A DNA stretch of 64,000 nt, taken from positions 4,160,001 to 4,224,000 of the forward strand of contig OZ253442.1 in NCBI GenBank assembly GCA_965261085.1, written 5' to 3'. Positions 39,504 through 49,899 of this stretch are shown piece after piece (the first letter of the stretch is position 1; each line of letters starts with the position of its first letter). The notes beneath the pieces were generated by a model, which saw nothing but the letters and a program-made list of their open reading frames with translations, was not told the origin of the DNA and searched no databases. A program made the position numbers and the translations under genes. Origin of the DNA: a bacterium. GTDB lineage: Bacteria; UBA8248.

Positions 39504-41123
39504 TTACCCCATTCTCCGCACTCCGGGAAGCGTAGGTTGTGCAAGCCCTCTCCCCGCAACGCTGGGCGTATGAAATCGCTTTCCTTCAATAATCTCATCA
39601 ATAGTCAAAATCTGCATCCGGGCATAATCGATCCCGTTTATCACTAAATCACCAGCCCCGCCCATGAACTGGCGAAAATTCCGCTCTTTCACTTCGCCTA
39701 GCGGCTCCATTATTATCAATCCGGCCATGAGCGCGGCATCGTTGTCTAATACGCCTTTTAGGGCGCGTAGGGCAGTAATGTTGACGTTCTTTCCACCCTT
39801 CACCTCGATTGCCATGCTTTGAAGATCGCGTTCATCCGGGATGGAAAAGTAGAGCCTCCCGTCAATTCCGCCATCCGCCGTTCGTTTGGTGGTCACAAAG
39901 CCGTCCACTTCCTCGACGGCCCACTTCTGAAAGTGGTATTTATCACGCTCCCAAAGGTCTTTTGCGCCTTCTATGTTTCTGGGAACGCCGTCAATCACAA
40001 AATCCTGCCCATCAATTAAACCAAGACGCTCTTGCAATCTTACCCTGGCAACGCGCTTGATAGCATGAATGGCAATGTCGATTCCGATCCATTTGCGACC
40101 AAGACTTTGCGCTGCCTCCATCGTAGTGGCGCATCCACAGAATGGGTCGAGAACCACGTCGCCTTCGTTCGATGACGACCTGATAATTCGCTCAAGAAGC
40201 GCAAGGGGTTTTTGGGTAGCGTAGCCTAGTCGCTCCTTTGCGCGCGAATTTATCGGGGGAATGTCAGTCCACACATCATTAAGGGATAAGCCTTTCATCT
40301 CATCCAAATAGCGCTTGATACGAATCCCGCCTTTGGAAGTGAAATACAAGCGATTATCAGCATCTAGCTCTTGCATTTTATCAAGCGAAACCCGCCACAG
40401 AGATTTTTTACCTTTGTATTCATACTCGTATCCGCCACCGCTCAGGCCCTTGGCTGTCAAATTATCATCCATCCATCGTCGGCCGTCAGGGTCTTTGTGC
40501 TTATATCTTCGGTTTATATAGGATTTTTCATATTGAAGATGCTGTTGATTATGGGTGAATTTATCTGTTTTCGTGTAATGCAGGATTGTATCGTGAACCG
40601 AACCAAGAGTCTTAGAATCACTATGCCCTGACGTTCTTTTCCAGATTATTTCACTTCTAAAATTGGTATGCCCGAATATGCCGTCCATCATCACCTTGAT
40701 GTAATGGCTGGCGGTGGGGTCGCAATGAAGGTAGACGCTCCCGGTAGGCTTTAGGATGGACTTCATTTGAAGCAACCGCTCTACCATGTAGGAGAGATAT
40801 GCGAGAAGGCGCGGTTGCGTGTTTCGCAGGGCATTCATCCACAATTTCCAAAACTCCGCCACCTCATCTTCAATGCCAGCCTCTCGCATCAAAACCGGCA
40901 TGGTTCGGATGGCCCGCTCACGTTCCTCATCCAGCGTCCACAAATCACAAAACGCTTCAATCTGGTCTGGCAATGGCCGCCCGGTTTCATCCTCATAAAT
41001 GGCGTTATATTCGCGATTCGAGTTGAACGGCGGGTCGAGATAAATCAGGTCTACGCCACCAGAGCGCATCCCTTGCATAATGGTGAGGCAATCGCCGTAA
41101 TAGAGTTGGTTCGGGCCGTTCAT
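39504..41123 (-). CDS. Beta-class adenine DNA methyltransferase with C-terminal Mrr-like PD-(D/E)xK domain
   Basis: YLDPPFNS, YATQKP, DPFCGCATT, ADGGIDG...IEVKGG; ATGA-coupled to the transposase. Confidence 0.85.
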   Translation of the reverse strand: MNGPNQLYYGDCLTIMQGMRSGGVDLIYLDPPFNSNREYNAIYEDETGRPLPDQIEAFCDLWTLDEERERAIRTMPVLMREAGIEDEVAEFWKLWMNALRNTQPRLLAYLSYMVERLLQMKSILKPTGSVYLHCDPTASHYIKVMMDGIFGHTNFRSEIIWKRTSGHSDSKTLGSVHDTILHYTKTDKFTHNQQHLQYEKSYINRRYKHKDPDGRRWMDDNLTAKGLSGGGYEYEYKGKKSLWRVSLDKMQELDADNRLYFTSKGGIRIKRYLDEMKGLSLNDVWTDIPPINSRAKERLGYATQKPLALLERIIRSSSNEGDVVLDPFCGCATTMEAAQSLGRKWIGIDIAIHAIKRVARVRLQERLGLIDGQDFVIDGVPRNIEGAKDLWERDKYHFQKWAVEEVDGFVTTKRTADGGIDGRLYFSIPDERDLQSMAIEVKGGKNVNITALRALKGVLDNDAALMAGLIIMEPLGEVKERNFRQFMGGAGDLVINGIDYARMQILTIDEIIEGKRFHTPSVAGRGLAQPTLPGVRRMG

Positions 41124-42001
41124 ACCAAGGCTGCCCGCTTGATGAATGCCGAGAACAAGTCGGGTTGCTTCCGTGTGTTGTACTTGAAGCAAGCCTCCTG
41201 AATGTAGGCGTCCGCATGCTTGAGAGTGTATTTGTGATGGGAGCCGTACCATGCCCGTTTTAGGATGCTCCAGAAGCCCTCAATCGTGTTCGTATGCTTA
41301 TAGCCTTCCGCATACTGGACTTTATGATTGATGACCGCGTGGGGCATCAGTTTTTCGAGGCGGCGATAGGCGGGATATTCGTCCGTGATAAGCAAAGAGC
41401 CTTTGGGGTCAACGGCCTTTTCAATGAAATTCAGAATCCCTTTACCGGATACGTTTTCTGCAACCTTTGCCACTACGGATGCACCGCGCTCCACCGCGCC
41501 GATGACGGGCATTTTATCCGTCCCGCGCCCGCGTTTATTGCCCTTTGGATCGTCATCATCACGTTTGTTGCGCTTGCGGGGCTTCCCGCCTATGTAGCAC
41601 TCATCCGCCTCAATGATACCCTGTAGCAGATCGCCTTCAAGCGTCATGGCCTTGCGGATTCTCATCGCCATATACCATGCCGTCTTGTGGTTGATCCCCA
41701 GGTCGCGCCCGAGTTGATGCGATGATACGCTTTTCTTGGCGTTTAAAAGAATCCCGATTGCCAGAAACCATACCTGCAGGTCGATTTTCGTTTTTTGAAA
41801 TATGGTCTTTGAGAGAACATTGAATGAGGATTTACAATCATGGCAATTCCACCGACCTATGCGATCTCCGTCCGCCTTCCCTGCGACCTGTATACCTGCG
41901 CAATTCGGGCAATACGGGTCATCGCCAAAGCGGACTTTCTCAAGATGCTCGATGCAGGATTCGTGGTCTGGGAAGCGTCTGAAAATCGTTACCAAATCCA
42001 T
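41120..42001 (-). CDS. IS1595 family transposase
   Basis: CPNC...CHDC Zn ribbon; EADECYIGGK, ITDE, NH, HTNTIEGFWS. Confidence 0.95.
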   Translation of the reverse strand: MDLVTIFRRFPDHESCIEHLEKVRFGDDPYCPNCAGIQVAGKADGDRIGRWNCHDCKSSFNVLSKTIFQKTKIDLQVWFLAIGILLNAKKSVSSHQLGRDLGINHKTAWYMAMRIRKAMTLEGDLLQGIIEADECYIGGKPRKRNKRDDDDPKGNKRGRGTDKMPVIGAVERGASVVAKVAENVSGKGILNFIEKAVDPKGSLLITDEYPAYRRLEKLMPHAVINHKVQYAEGYKHTNTIEGFWSILKRAWYGSHHKYTLKHADAYIQEACFKYNTRKQPDLFSAFIKRAALV

Positions 42002-42477
42002 TTTGTATCCCCCTGTTTGATATGATACTTACAATATAGTGCATGGGGGATGATTTGTCAAGCCCATAACTACGCAGTGCGTAAGTAAATATCCTCCAAA
42101 ACGACGTCAGAGAACCGTAAAAAAGATATGAAGCCCATATCGCATAGCAGGGGAATCAAGGCCCTATTCGATATTTTGCTCGGGCGGCGTGTATCGCAAA
42201 GAGAACAAAGACGAGAAGAAATCTAACAAGCGATTACACACCTCAGAGAAACACATAAGGAAATCATGTCCAGGAAATAATGCACCCACCATGACGCGAA
42301 CCCGGATATTCCCAATCGAGGGGAGGCGAAAACCTCCTCTCTTTTTTGTCGCTTCCGATGATTCGACAATCTAGCCAGATAATTACTGGAGGAACGAACC
42401 CGGCAAAACGCACCTTTGCCGGGCTTGTTGCTTAATCGCCTTGCTGCTACGGAACCGCCTGTAAAAACCGAAACTCC

Positions 42478-43482
42478 CTAATTCGCCAGCGCCTTGTTCT
42501 TGATGGGCCGGATGTCGAATACCGCAGGCTTGTTCGTATTCACCATTACCTCCACGGCGTGCATGTGCTTGGCGCCGAAGACCTCGAGGGCGAGGACGTT
42601 GGGCGCTTTTTTCGGGAGTGGGCGCGTGATCTGGTATTTGTGGCTGTCGCCATAGATCAGCAGGACCGGCTTTTTGAACGAGGCGGCCTTGCGGATAAAT
42701 GCGTCGCCGAACCGCTTGAAGCCCGATGCGCCCGAGAACGCCTCTTTTTTCGACCTGAAGAATCCGGGCGTGAACATATCGGCGTGAATCGCGAGCACGA
42801 TCGCCTTGGCCTTCGCGGCGATGGCCTCATCGAAACTCGCGTTCAGCCAGGCGACGTTCGCCGCATCACGCGCGAAGAACTCCGCGATGGCGCGCCGGTC
42901 GCGCACCTCGAAGTTGTTGTTCGAACCCACCACGTGCGCCGTCACGAAATGGACGCCCTCTTTCACGAAGCGCGCGTTCTCAGTGTACTTGGCGAATTTC
43001 TTCATCATGTCCGGCTGGCGCACGAGCTTCATCGTGGCCTTGCCGAGCGAGCGCGGGCCGTGTGCAAAGAACGTGCGCCGCACGAAAGCGAGCCTCTCGA
43101 GCGGATCGAAGCGGCCGGCTTTGTTGCGGTGGCAGTCGGTCCATTCGTTGTCACCGGGCGTGTAAACGAGAGGATTCTCGAAAGAATTCATGAAATCGAG
43201 CTGATCGCGCAGCATCTTGTCCGAGCACGGGGTGGAGCCCGATTTGATATCCCCGATATGTATCGTGAAGGCGGGTTTCAGGGCGTTTACCTGGCCGATC
43301 AGCGTCTTGAACGGCGCGTAGACTTTCGCGGGCTTCCCGTAAGGCATGTCGCCGAGGGCCACGAACGTGAACGGCTTATCGGCCGAGGCGGCCCCCTCCG
43401 TCAGTATGAGGAGCGCCAGCGCGCAGAACAATGCGCCGAACCATTTGTGCAAGGGTGAAGCGGAATATTTCATCGAACCCAT
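42478..43482 (-). CDS. Secreted metallophosphoesterase
   Basis: GDMPY, HIGDIKSG, PGDNEWTDC, GDSH. Confidence 0.85.
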   Translation of the reverse strand: MGSMKYSASPLHKWFGALFCALALLILTEGAASADKPFTFVALGDMPYGKPAKVYAPFKTLIGQVNALKPAFTIHIGDIKSGSTPCSDKMLRDQLDFMNSFENPLVYTPGDNEWTDCHRNKAGRFDPLERLAFVRRTFFAHGPRSLGKATMKLVRQPDMMKKFAKYTENARFVKEGVHFVTAHVVGSNNNFEVRDRRAIAEFFARDAANVAWLNASFDEAIAAKAKAIVLAIHADMFTPGFFRSKKEAFSGASGFKRFGDAFIRKAASFKKPVLLIYGDSHKYQITRPLPKKAPNVLALEVFGAKHMHAVEVMVNTNKPAVFDIRPIKNKALAN

Positions 43483-43732
43483 CCCATCGATCTCCTATGC
43501 ATATCACAATGAAAGATGTGGCATCTCTTATCAACAAACAAAGACACCAGAAACAGCGGGAGAGACACACCCATTCCGAGGCCCGAGTTTCCGCTCGTGA
43601 CCTGCAACAAGGAGGAATATAGAGAAAATATCCAGGAGAGGTGTTACAAACAAGTGGCGATTCCATGTTTTTTCGATAAATCCAAACCGGTGGACTGAGC
43701 CGCCGCACATCACCCGCACAGCGGGGCGAAAC

Positions 43733-44611
43733 TTACCTGCGCCAGCCCAGCCTCTCTGCGATGCGCAGAATGATGTCCGAGCGGTTGAGCGCGTAGATGT
43801 GGAAATGCCTGACGCCCATCGTCATCAATTCCTGAATCTGGGCCGCTGCCAAGTCTGCTGATTTTTCCTGAAACGCCTCAGGCTCGTTCTCATACGGCGC
43901 GAGAGCGTCGACGACACTCCCGGGCACGCTCGCCCCGCATTTTTCCGCAAAACGCTGAACCTGCGCCACATCCCGGATGGGCAGGATGCCCGGCGCAAGG
44001 GGTACGCGCACGCCTCTTTTTTTCATCTGCTCCAAAAACCGCTCCCAGACCCCCGCCTCAAAGAAGAACTGGGAAGCCGCGTAATCGGCCCCCTCGTTCA
44101 CTTTCCGGACGAAGTAATCCATGTCCTCGTCCTTATCGGGCGTTTCGGGGTGGCCTTCGGGATAACAGGCCACGCCGATGGAGGAGAATCCGCCGAGAGC
44201 CTTAAGCCAGCGCACCAGATCTGCGGCGTAGCGGAATCCGCCGGCCACGGCCTCATCGCGCGTCATTTCTTCGGGGATATCCCCCCTGAGCGCGAGAATA
44301 TCGCGCATCCCGTTTTCCTGATAAACCGCCATCAAACGCGAGATTTCGGCCTCGTTCGCACCCACGCAGGTGAGATGCGCCACCACGCGCCCCGGGTAGC
44401 GCCTCTCCAGTTCGAGCACGAGTTCGAGCGTACCCTCTTGCGTGGAGCCACCCGCCCCGTACGTCACCGAAGTAAAGGCGACGTCCATCACCTCCTGAAT
44501 CGCGGCCACCTCGCGCAGCGCGCGCTCCACGGCCTTCCGGCCCTTGGGCGGATAGAGCTCGATGGAAACGCTGACCTCATGAGAGCAGATGCTCTCGATA
44601 ATCGCCGACAA
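43733..44611 (-). CDS. metF: Methylenetetrahydrofolate reductase
   Basis: SIELYPPK, SVTYGAGGS, AHLTC, LALRGD, YPEGHPE; AGGAG-7nt-TTG start. Confidence 0.93.
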   Translation of the reverse strand: MSAIIESICSHEVSVSIELYPPKGRKAVERALREVAAIQEVMDVAFTSVTYGAGGSTQEGTLELVLELERRYPGRVVAHLTCVGANEAEISRLMAVYQENGMRDILALRGDIPEEMTRDEAVAGGFRYAADLVRWLKALGGFSSIGVACYPEGHPETPDKDEDMDYFVRKVNEGADYAASQFFFEAGVWERFLEQMKKRGVRVPLAPGILPIRDVAQVQRFAEKCGASVPGSVVDALAPYENEPEAFQEKSADLAAAQIQELMTMGVRHFHIYALNRSDIILRIAERLGWRR

Positions 44612-44664
44612 TCCACTACTCCTGCGCGACGCCCTCACCCGGGCGCCGGGAGAATGAGAGACGT

Positions 44665-44701
44665 AAAAAAACGGGCGCGGGGCAAATCCGCCCCGCGCCC
44701 G
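44665..44701 (-). terminator. Intrinsic terminator after sod-prx
   Basis: CGGGCGCGGGGC/GCCCCGCGCCCG hairpin with an A7 tract. Confidence 0.8.
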
Positions 44702-44730
44702 GCAACACGAAATTCAAAAACGAGACTAGC

Positions 44731-45192
44731 CTATAGACCCTCGATAGCCGCGAAGAGTTTCTCATCGTCCGGCTTCTCGGGCGGAGCGGCCGTCTCCTCC
44801 ATGTAGGCGACGTTCCCGTCTTTGTTGACGAGAACCACCGCGCGGTTGCTGAAGCCCTTGGCATTCAGCAAACCGTAGGCCGCACACGTTTCCTTGCCGA
44901 AGAAATCGCTCAGCAGCGGAAATTCGATGCCGTATTTCTCAGCCCAGGCGGCGTGCGCGAAAGGGCTGTCCACACTGATGCCGATAACCTCGCAGTCGGC
45001 GGCGTCGAATTTCGCCTTCTCCGCCTGATAGGCGGGCAACTGTTCGCTGCACACGGAGGAGAAATCGAACGGGTAGAAGCAAAGAAGAACGTTTTTCTCT
45101 CCGCGAAAATCACTCAGCTTCACCGTATCCCCCTCGGCGAGGGTTCTCGGCAGTTCAAAATCTGGTGCTGCATCACCTACGCTCAAAGCCAT
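44731..45192 (-). CDS. Peroxiredoxin (AhpE/BCP-like)
   Basis: [23 protein letters not shown]. Confidence 0.9.
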   Translation of the reverse strand: MALSVGDAAPDFELPRTLAEGDTVKLSDFRGEKNVLLCFYPFDFSSVCSEQLPAYQAEKAKFDAADCEVIGISVDSPFAHAAWAEKYGIEFPLLSDFFGKETCAAYGLLNAKGFSNRAVVLVNKDGNVAYMEETAAPPEKPDDEKLFAAIEGL

Positions 45193-45204
45193 GATATCGC
45201 CCCC

Positions 45205-45792
<588 letters not shown>

Positions 45793-46043
45793 TTCGTTTT
45801 CTCCTTGATGGGAATGGGATGTTCCTATTCACATGGTAAAAATAAAACCAATGAAGCCGCGGCCTCGTAAATCCTCCCAAAAACCGCCAAATCAGGTGAG
45901 CGGCGAATGACGAGACGCTGCGGAGAAGTTTTCATTTTTACGCAAACTTGAATCTCTGCTCCTGGTTCACAAGAGGCCGCATTCTACTTTTAGGGATTGG
46001 CCCGCGTCAAATCTCATCCTGAAGGCATCGGCCCGCCTTTTGC

Positions 46044-46943
46044 CTATTCGGGCGCGTCCATTTTCTGGATTTGGTCGAAATCACGGTAGAGAAGCGATAA
46101 ATCCTCTTCGATCATTCCCCGCGCGACGGCTTTTTTCAAAAACGAGAGCGTGCCTTCGGCCAACTGGACGTCCGCGCCGCGCTTTTTCCCGATGCCGACG
46201 GCGATGCCGACATCCTTTTGCAGGTTGTAGATGCGCGCCTGCCCGTTCCAAGTGCCCGAGAGGATGTTGTTCGGAAAGCGGTGGCGGCTGGCGTAGCTAT
46301 AAGCCGTCGATGCGTTGAAGATGTCTATCATGTCCTCGACGCGCATTCCGAGGCGCTCGACGAGACGCGCTCCCTCGCAAGTCGCCAGGAACATCGTGTG
46401 GAGCACCATGTTGTGGATGAGCTTCATGGTGTGGCCGGAGCCCTGCGCTCCCAGGTGGAAGGTGTTCTCGACGAAGGGTTTGAGGTATTTCCTCGTGCGC
46501 TTGAGAAGCCTCTCATCTCCGCCGATCATGAGCGTCAGCTTCCCCTCGAGGATGCCGGCCGGCCCGCCGCTCATCCCTGCATCGAGATAGCCCACCCCCC
46601 CGCGCTCGGCGCGCTTCGCGAGACGCTTCGTCTTCGCCGGGTCCGAGGTCGTGAGGTCGTAGACGACGAGCCCTTTTCGCGCGTTTTTGAGCAGGCCGTC
46701 TTTCCCTTTGAAGCACGCCGCTATCTCGTCCGATGAGGGCACGACGAAGAAAACGACCGCGCAGGATTTCGCTATCTCACCGGGCGGTGCGATAGTTACG
46801 CCCTTTGTTTTCTCGAACGGCCTGCGCGCGGCCTCTGAGACGTCCCAGACCATCAGGGGCATCTTCGCCCCGATGAACCTCTGCGCCACGGGATTCCCCA
46901 TGCGTCCCAAACCGATGACGCCTACGCTGTTTCGTTTCGCCAC
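46044..46943 (-). CDS. Beta-hydroxyacid (3-hydroxyisobutyrate-type) dehydrogenase
   Basis: GLGRMG, DAGMSGG, KLIHN, KD. Confidence 0.88.
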   Translation of the reverse strand: MAKRNSVGVIGLGRMGNPVAQRFIGAKMPLMVWDVSEAARRPFEKTKGVTIAPPGEIAKSCAVVFFVVPSSDEIAACFKGKDGLLKNARKGLVVYDLTTSDPAKTKRLAKRAERGGVGYLDAGMSGGPAGILEGKLTLMIGGDERLLKRTRKYLKPFVENTFHLGAQGSGHTMKLIHNMVLHTMFLATCEGARLVERLGMRVEDMIDIFNASTAYSYASRHRFPNNILSGTWNGQARIYNLQKDVGIAVGIGKKRGADVQLAEGTLSFLKKAVARGMIEEDLSLLYRDFDQIQKMDAPE

Positions 46944-46980
46944 GTAACACCTCGGAGGAATATCCGGACAATGGATTCTT

Positions 46981-47057
46981 TGGAGCCGACGACCGGAGTT
47001 GAACCGGTGACCTGCTGATTACGAATCAGCTGCTCTACCTGTCTGAGCTACGTCGGC
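46981..47057 (-). tRNA. tRNA-Thr (CGT)
   Basis: Cloverleaf; anticodon arm GCTGA-TTCGTAA-TCAGC; GGTTCAACTCC; CCA end. Confidence 0.96.
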
Positions 47058-47241
47058 TGAAAGAGCATGGAACCCTGGTGAGGCTCGCGTTCCCCATGAG
47101 GGTGGTATTGAACACGCCGCTCCCCCCTTCGTCAAGCCGTGAGGCGGCGAGACGGCGCGAAATTTGCGATTTCCCGCCACTTGTGGTTTCATTCGGAGGC
47201 TTGACTTGCGAGACGACGCATCGTAAACATCTTTTCTCTTT

Positions 47242-47317
<76 letters not shown>

Positions 47318-47426
47318 CAAATCACCCCGAACCCCGTTCGGGTTTCATGCAATTTCTCACAGGAACGGCCCCTCCCCTCCATCTTTTCGGTGGGGACGGC
47401 ATCCTCCCCGGAAGGCGGGCCGGTTC

Positions 47427-47555
47427 GTGAGCCGTGGCGCCACCGAGGATGAGATATTCGAGGCCGTGCAATGCCTGATCTTTCCCGCAGGCGGCCCCTC
47501 GCTGATGATGGGTATCAAGTGCCTGCGCGCCGTCCTGGAGGAGCGCAAGACTTAG
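47427..47555 (+). pseudogene. 3' remnant of a carboxymuconolactone decarboxylase (CMD) family gene
   Basis: RGATEDEIFEAVQCLIFPAGGPSLMM...* matches the CMD C-terminal GAT.EEI.EA...GGP motif. Confidence 0.55.
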
Positions 47556-47589
47556 GACTCATTTTTTTCATATCCCTAGGGGACACCGC

Positions 47590-48327
47590 ATGGACAGAAG
47601 CATCTGGGCGACCTGGTACGACCTGCCGAAAGAAGATGAAGAAGAGTACAACGACTGGCTCCACCACACGCACATAAAAGACGCGCTCAAACGCCCCGGC
47701 TACATGTGGGCGGCCCACTATGAACTCGTGGACAGGGAATCGCCCAAATCAAAGAAAAAAGACCACTTGGCCTACACGGACGACCCCTCGATCCCCAGCG
47801 GCACGGAGTTTCTGCTCCTGTTCGGGGCGGCGAGCGCGGAGGTTTTCTTAAGCCCCAACCCCGCCCAACTCGCGGAGACGTACTCTGATGAGACGAAGGC
47901 GATGACCGCCAAGAGAATCGGCGAGCGCACCGGCATATTCACCGAAGTCGACAGGGTGAACGGCCCGGACGCAGCCACCCGCGCGGTGGGCGGCGTGCCC
48001 GCGCCGATAGTCCAGATGGGCACGTTCAACTGCTTCACGCCCGAGGACGATTTTGATCTCAGTTCCTGGTACGCGCAGGACCGCCTGCCCGCGATGAAGT
48101 ACATGCGCGGCTGCGTGGGCACGCGCAAGCTGGTCTCCGTGGCGGGATGGGCGAAGCACTCCATCTTTTATGAATTCGCCTCGCTCGAGAAAGTCCTCGC
48201 GCACTTCCCGCGCGCGGACAAGCTCTTCCCCGGCGAGAACGACTGGTCGTATCACGTATGCCAGCGCCTGCTCCATGCGCCCGGCTCGCCCACTCGCGGC
48301 AAGCGCATCTGGCCGCCGGTGGAATGA
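47590..48327 (+). CDS. Tandem EthD/DUF4286-like barrel protein
   Basis: Internal repeat EEEYNDW...H...L.RPG / EDDFD..WY...LP.M...G. Confidence 0.6.
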   Translation: MDRSIWATWYDLPKEDEEEYNDWLHHTHIKDALKRPGYMWAAHYELVDRESPKSKKKDHLAYTDDPSIPSGTEFLLLFGAASAEVFLSPNPAQLAETYSDETKAMTAKRIGERTGIFTEVDRVNGPDAATRAVGGVPAPIVQMGTFNCFTPEDDFDLSSWYAQDRLPAMKYMRGCVGTRKLVSVAGWAKHSIFYEFASLEKVLAHFPRADKLFPGENDWSYHVCQRLLHAPGSPTRGKRIWPPVE

Positions 48328-48343
48328 GTAAGGGGGCGTAAGA

Positions 48344-49024
48344 ATGAGTTATATGAAACCCATCCCCGTCGAGGAAGCGGAAGGCGAAGCCACGAAACTA
48401 TTCGCAGGCGTGACGAAGATGCTCGGCCGCGTGGCGAATTCCTTCGCCGTCATGGCCTATCAGCCCCACGTCGCCAAGGTCATACTGCCGCTCACCGTCA
48501 CGCTCATGCGCGAGGGGCTGGGCACGGTGCTTCCCACCAAAATCAAGGAAATCTCAGTCATCAAGACGAGCCACCTGAACGGGTGTGAATACTGACTCGG
48601 GCACAACACGGCGCTCGGTCGAGACGCCGGGGTCACCGAAAAGCAAGTGCGCGAGATCTGCTCGGACGCCTATATGGACTCCCCTACGATGAGCCCAAGA
48701 GAGAAAGCCGCCGTCCTGTGGGCGGAGCACGTGACGCGCAACACCGCCAAGACGCGCGACGACGTGTTCCAAGAGGTGAGGCGTCATTATGATGATCGCG
48801 AATTCGTCGAGCTCACCATGGTCATCACCTATTTCAACATGAGAAACCGCTTTCAGGACGCCCTGCGCATTCCGCTGGATGAACCTAAAACGATATCGGG
48901 CATCACCCTCGGGCGCAGGCAGGACCCCGAAAACCTCAAAACCTATCTCGAAGAGGTGGCGGCGGAGTGGCCCGAGAGTTTTCCGGGGCCGGATGAAGAC
49001 GATAAAGGGGAGCGTCACGCATGA
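48344..49024 (+). CDS. AhpD/CMD family selenoprotein (CxxU, Sec at TGA 48593-48595)
   Basis: Two track ORFs are in one frame: NGCEY-U-LGHN; SECIS-like hairpin at 48609-48629. Confidence 0.88.
48609..48629 (+). promoter_or_regulatory. Bacterial SECIS-like element
   Basis: CGGCG-CTC-[GGTC]-GAG-a-CGCCG; loop G lies 22 nt after the UGA. Confidence 0.75.
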
Positions 49025-49464
49025 GCGAGAAGCCCGATTTCGTCTGGGAGAATTTACAAGTCGGCATGACCATCGGTGAGCGCAGCCTCACGGTGACGCA
49101 AGAGATGGTGGATGCGCACTGCGACGCCGTGGGCGCAAAGCGGGAATGGTATGCGGGCGAATCGCCCGCAGGCGGGTCCATCGCGCCGCCGATGATATTC
49201 ATCAACGACCTGCTCGCCATTTATGATGAGAACTACAAGCGCTTCGGCACCATCCACGCGAAGCTCGGCTACCGCTTTCACCGGCCCGTGCGAGTCGGTG
49301 AGACGGTGCGCCAGAAAGTCATTGTCAAGGACTTATACGTGAAGCGCGAGAAGGGCTGGATAGTGAGCGAACTCAGCGTTGCGAACGAGGCGGGCGAGTT
49401 GCTCTTGACCTCCTCGCACACGTCGGTCTTAAGCCTCACGAGAAAGCACCAGGATAATGACTGA
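49021..49464 (+). CDS. MaoC/hotdog-fold dehydratase subunit
   Basis: IAPP, IHAK..Y.F.RPV.VGE, YVKR.K. Confidence 0.78.
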   Translation: MSEKPDFVWENLQVGMTIGERSLTVTQEMVDAHCDAVGAKREWYAGESPAGGSIAPPMIFINDLLAIYDENYKRFGTIHAKLGYRFHRPVRVGETVRQKVIVKDLYVKREKGWIVSELSVANEAGELLLTSSHTSVLSLTRKHQDND

Positions 49465-49888
49465 CTCACTACTTAAAAACATGGAAATCGGCGACGCTCT
49501 GCCCGAGCGGACACACAAAGTGGACTGGGAGGATATTCTCAAATTCAACCGCTACGTCACCGGCGGCGTGGATACCAAGAACATTCACACCGACGATGAG
49601 GTGGCCCGAAAGGCGGGCCTGCCCCGGGCGGTGGCGACGGGCCGCCACCCGGTGTCCTTCATCACCGAACTCATGGTCGATCATCTGGGCATGGGCTTCA
49701 TCACGGGCGGAGAGATTGATGTCTCCTTCGTGAAGCCTATTTTCCCGGGCGACGTTTTAAGCCTTTCGGCGACGCTCAAGGAGAAATCTTCGGACGATGG
49801 CGCGAAGAACTATCTGTTCGACGTTTCGCTCACGAACCAGGACGGCGCCGCCGTCACGCTCGGCACCGCCGGCGGACGCATCAACTAG
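49457..49888 (+). CDS. MaoC family dehydratase
   Basis: NIHTDDEVARKAGLPRAVATG, FVKPIFPGD. Confidence 0.85.
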   Translation: MTDSLLKNMEIGDALPERTHKVDWEDILKFNRYVTGGVDTKNIHTDDEVARKAGLPRAVATGRHPVSFITELMVDHLGMGFITGGEIDVSFVKPIFPGDVLSLSATLKEKSSDDGAKNYLFDVSLTNQDGAAVTLGTAGGRIN

Positions 49889-49899
49889 CCTCAGGCCCC

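Larger units (their letters stand above)
38806..42080 (-). mobile_element. IS1595-family element with passenger genes
   Basis: Perfect 21-bp TIRs GCACTGCGTAGTTATGGGCTT (38806-38826, 42060-42080); flanking direct repeat GTAAGTAAAT (38796-38805, 42081-42090); low GC. Confidence 0.92.
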
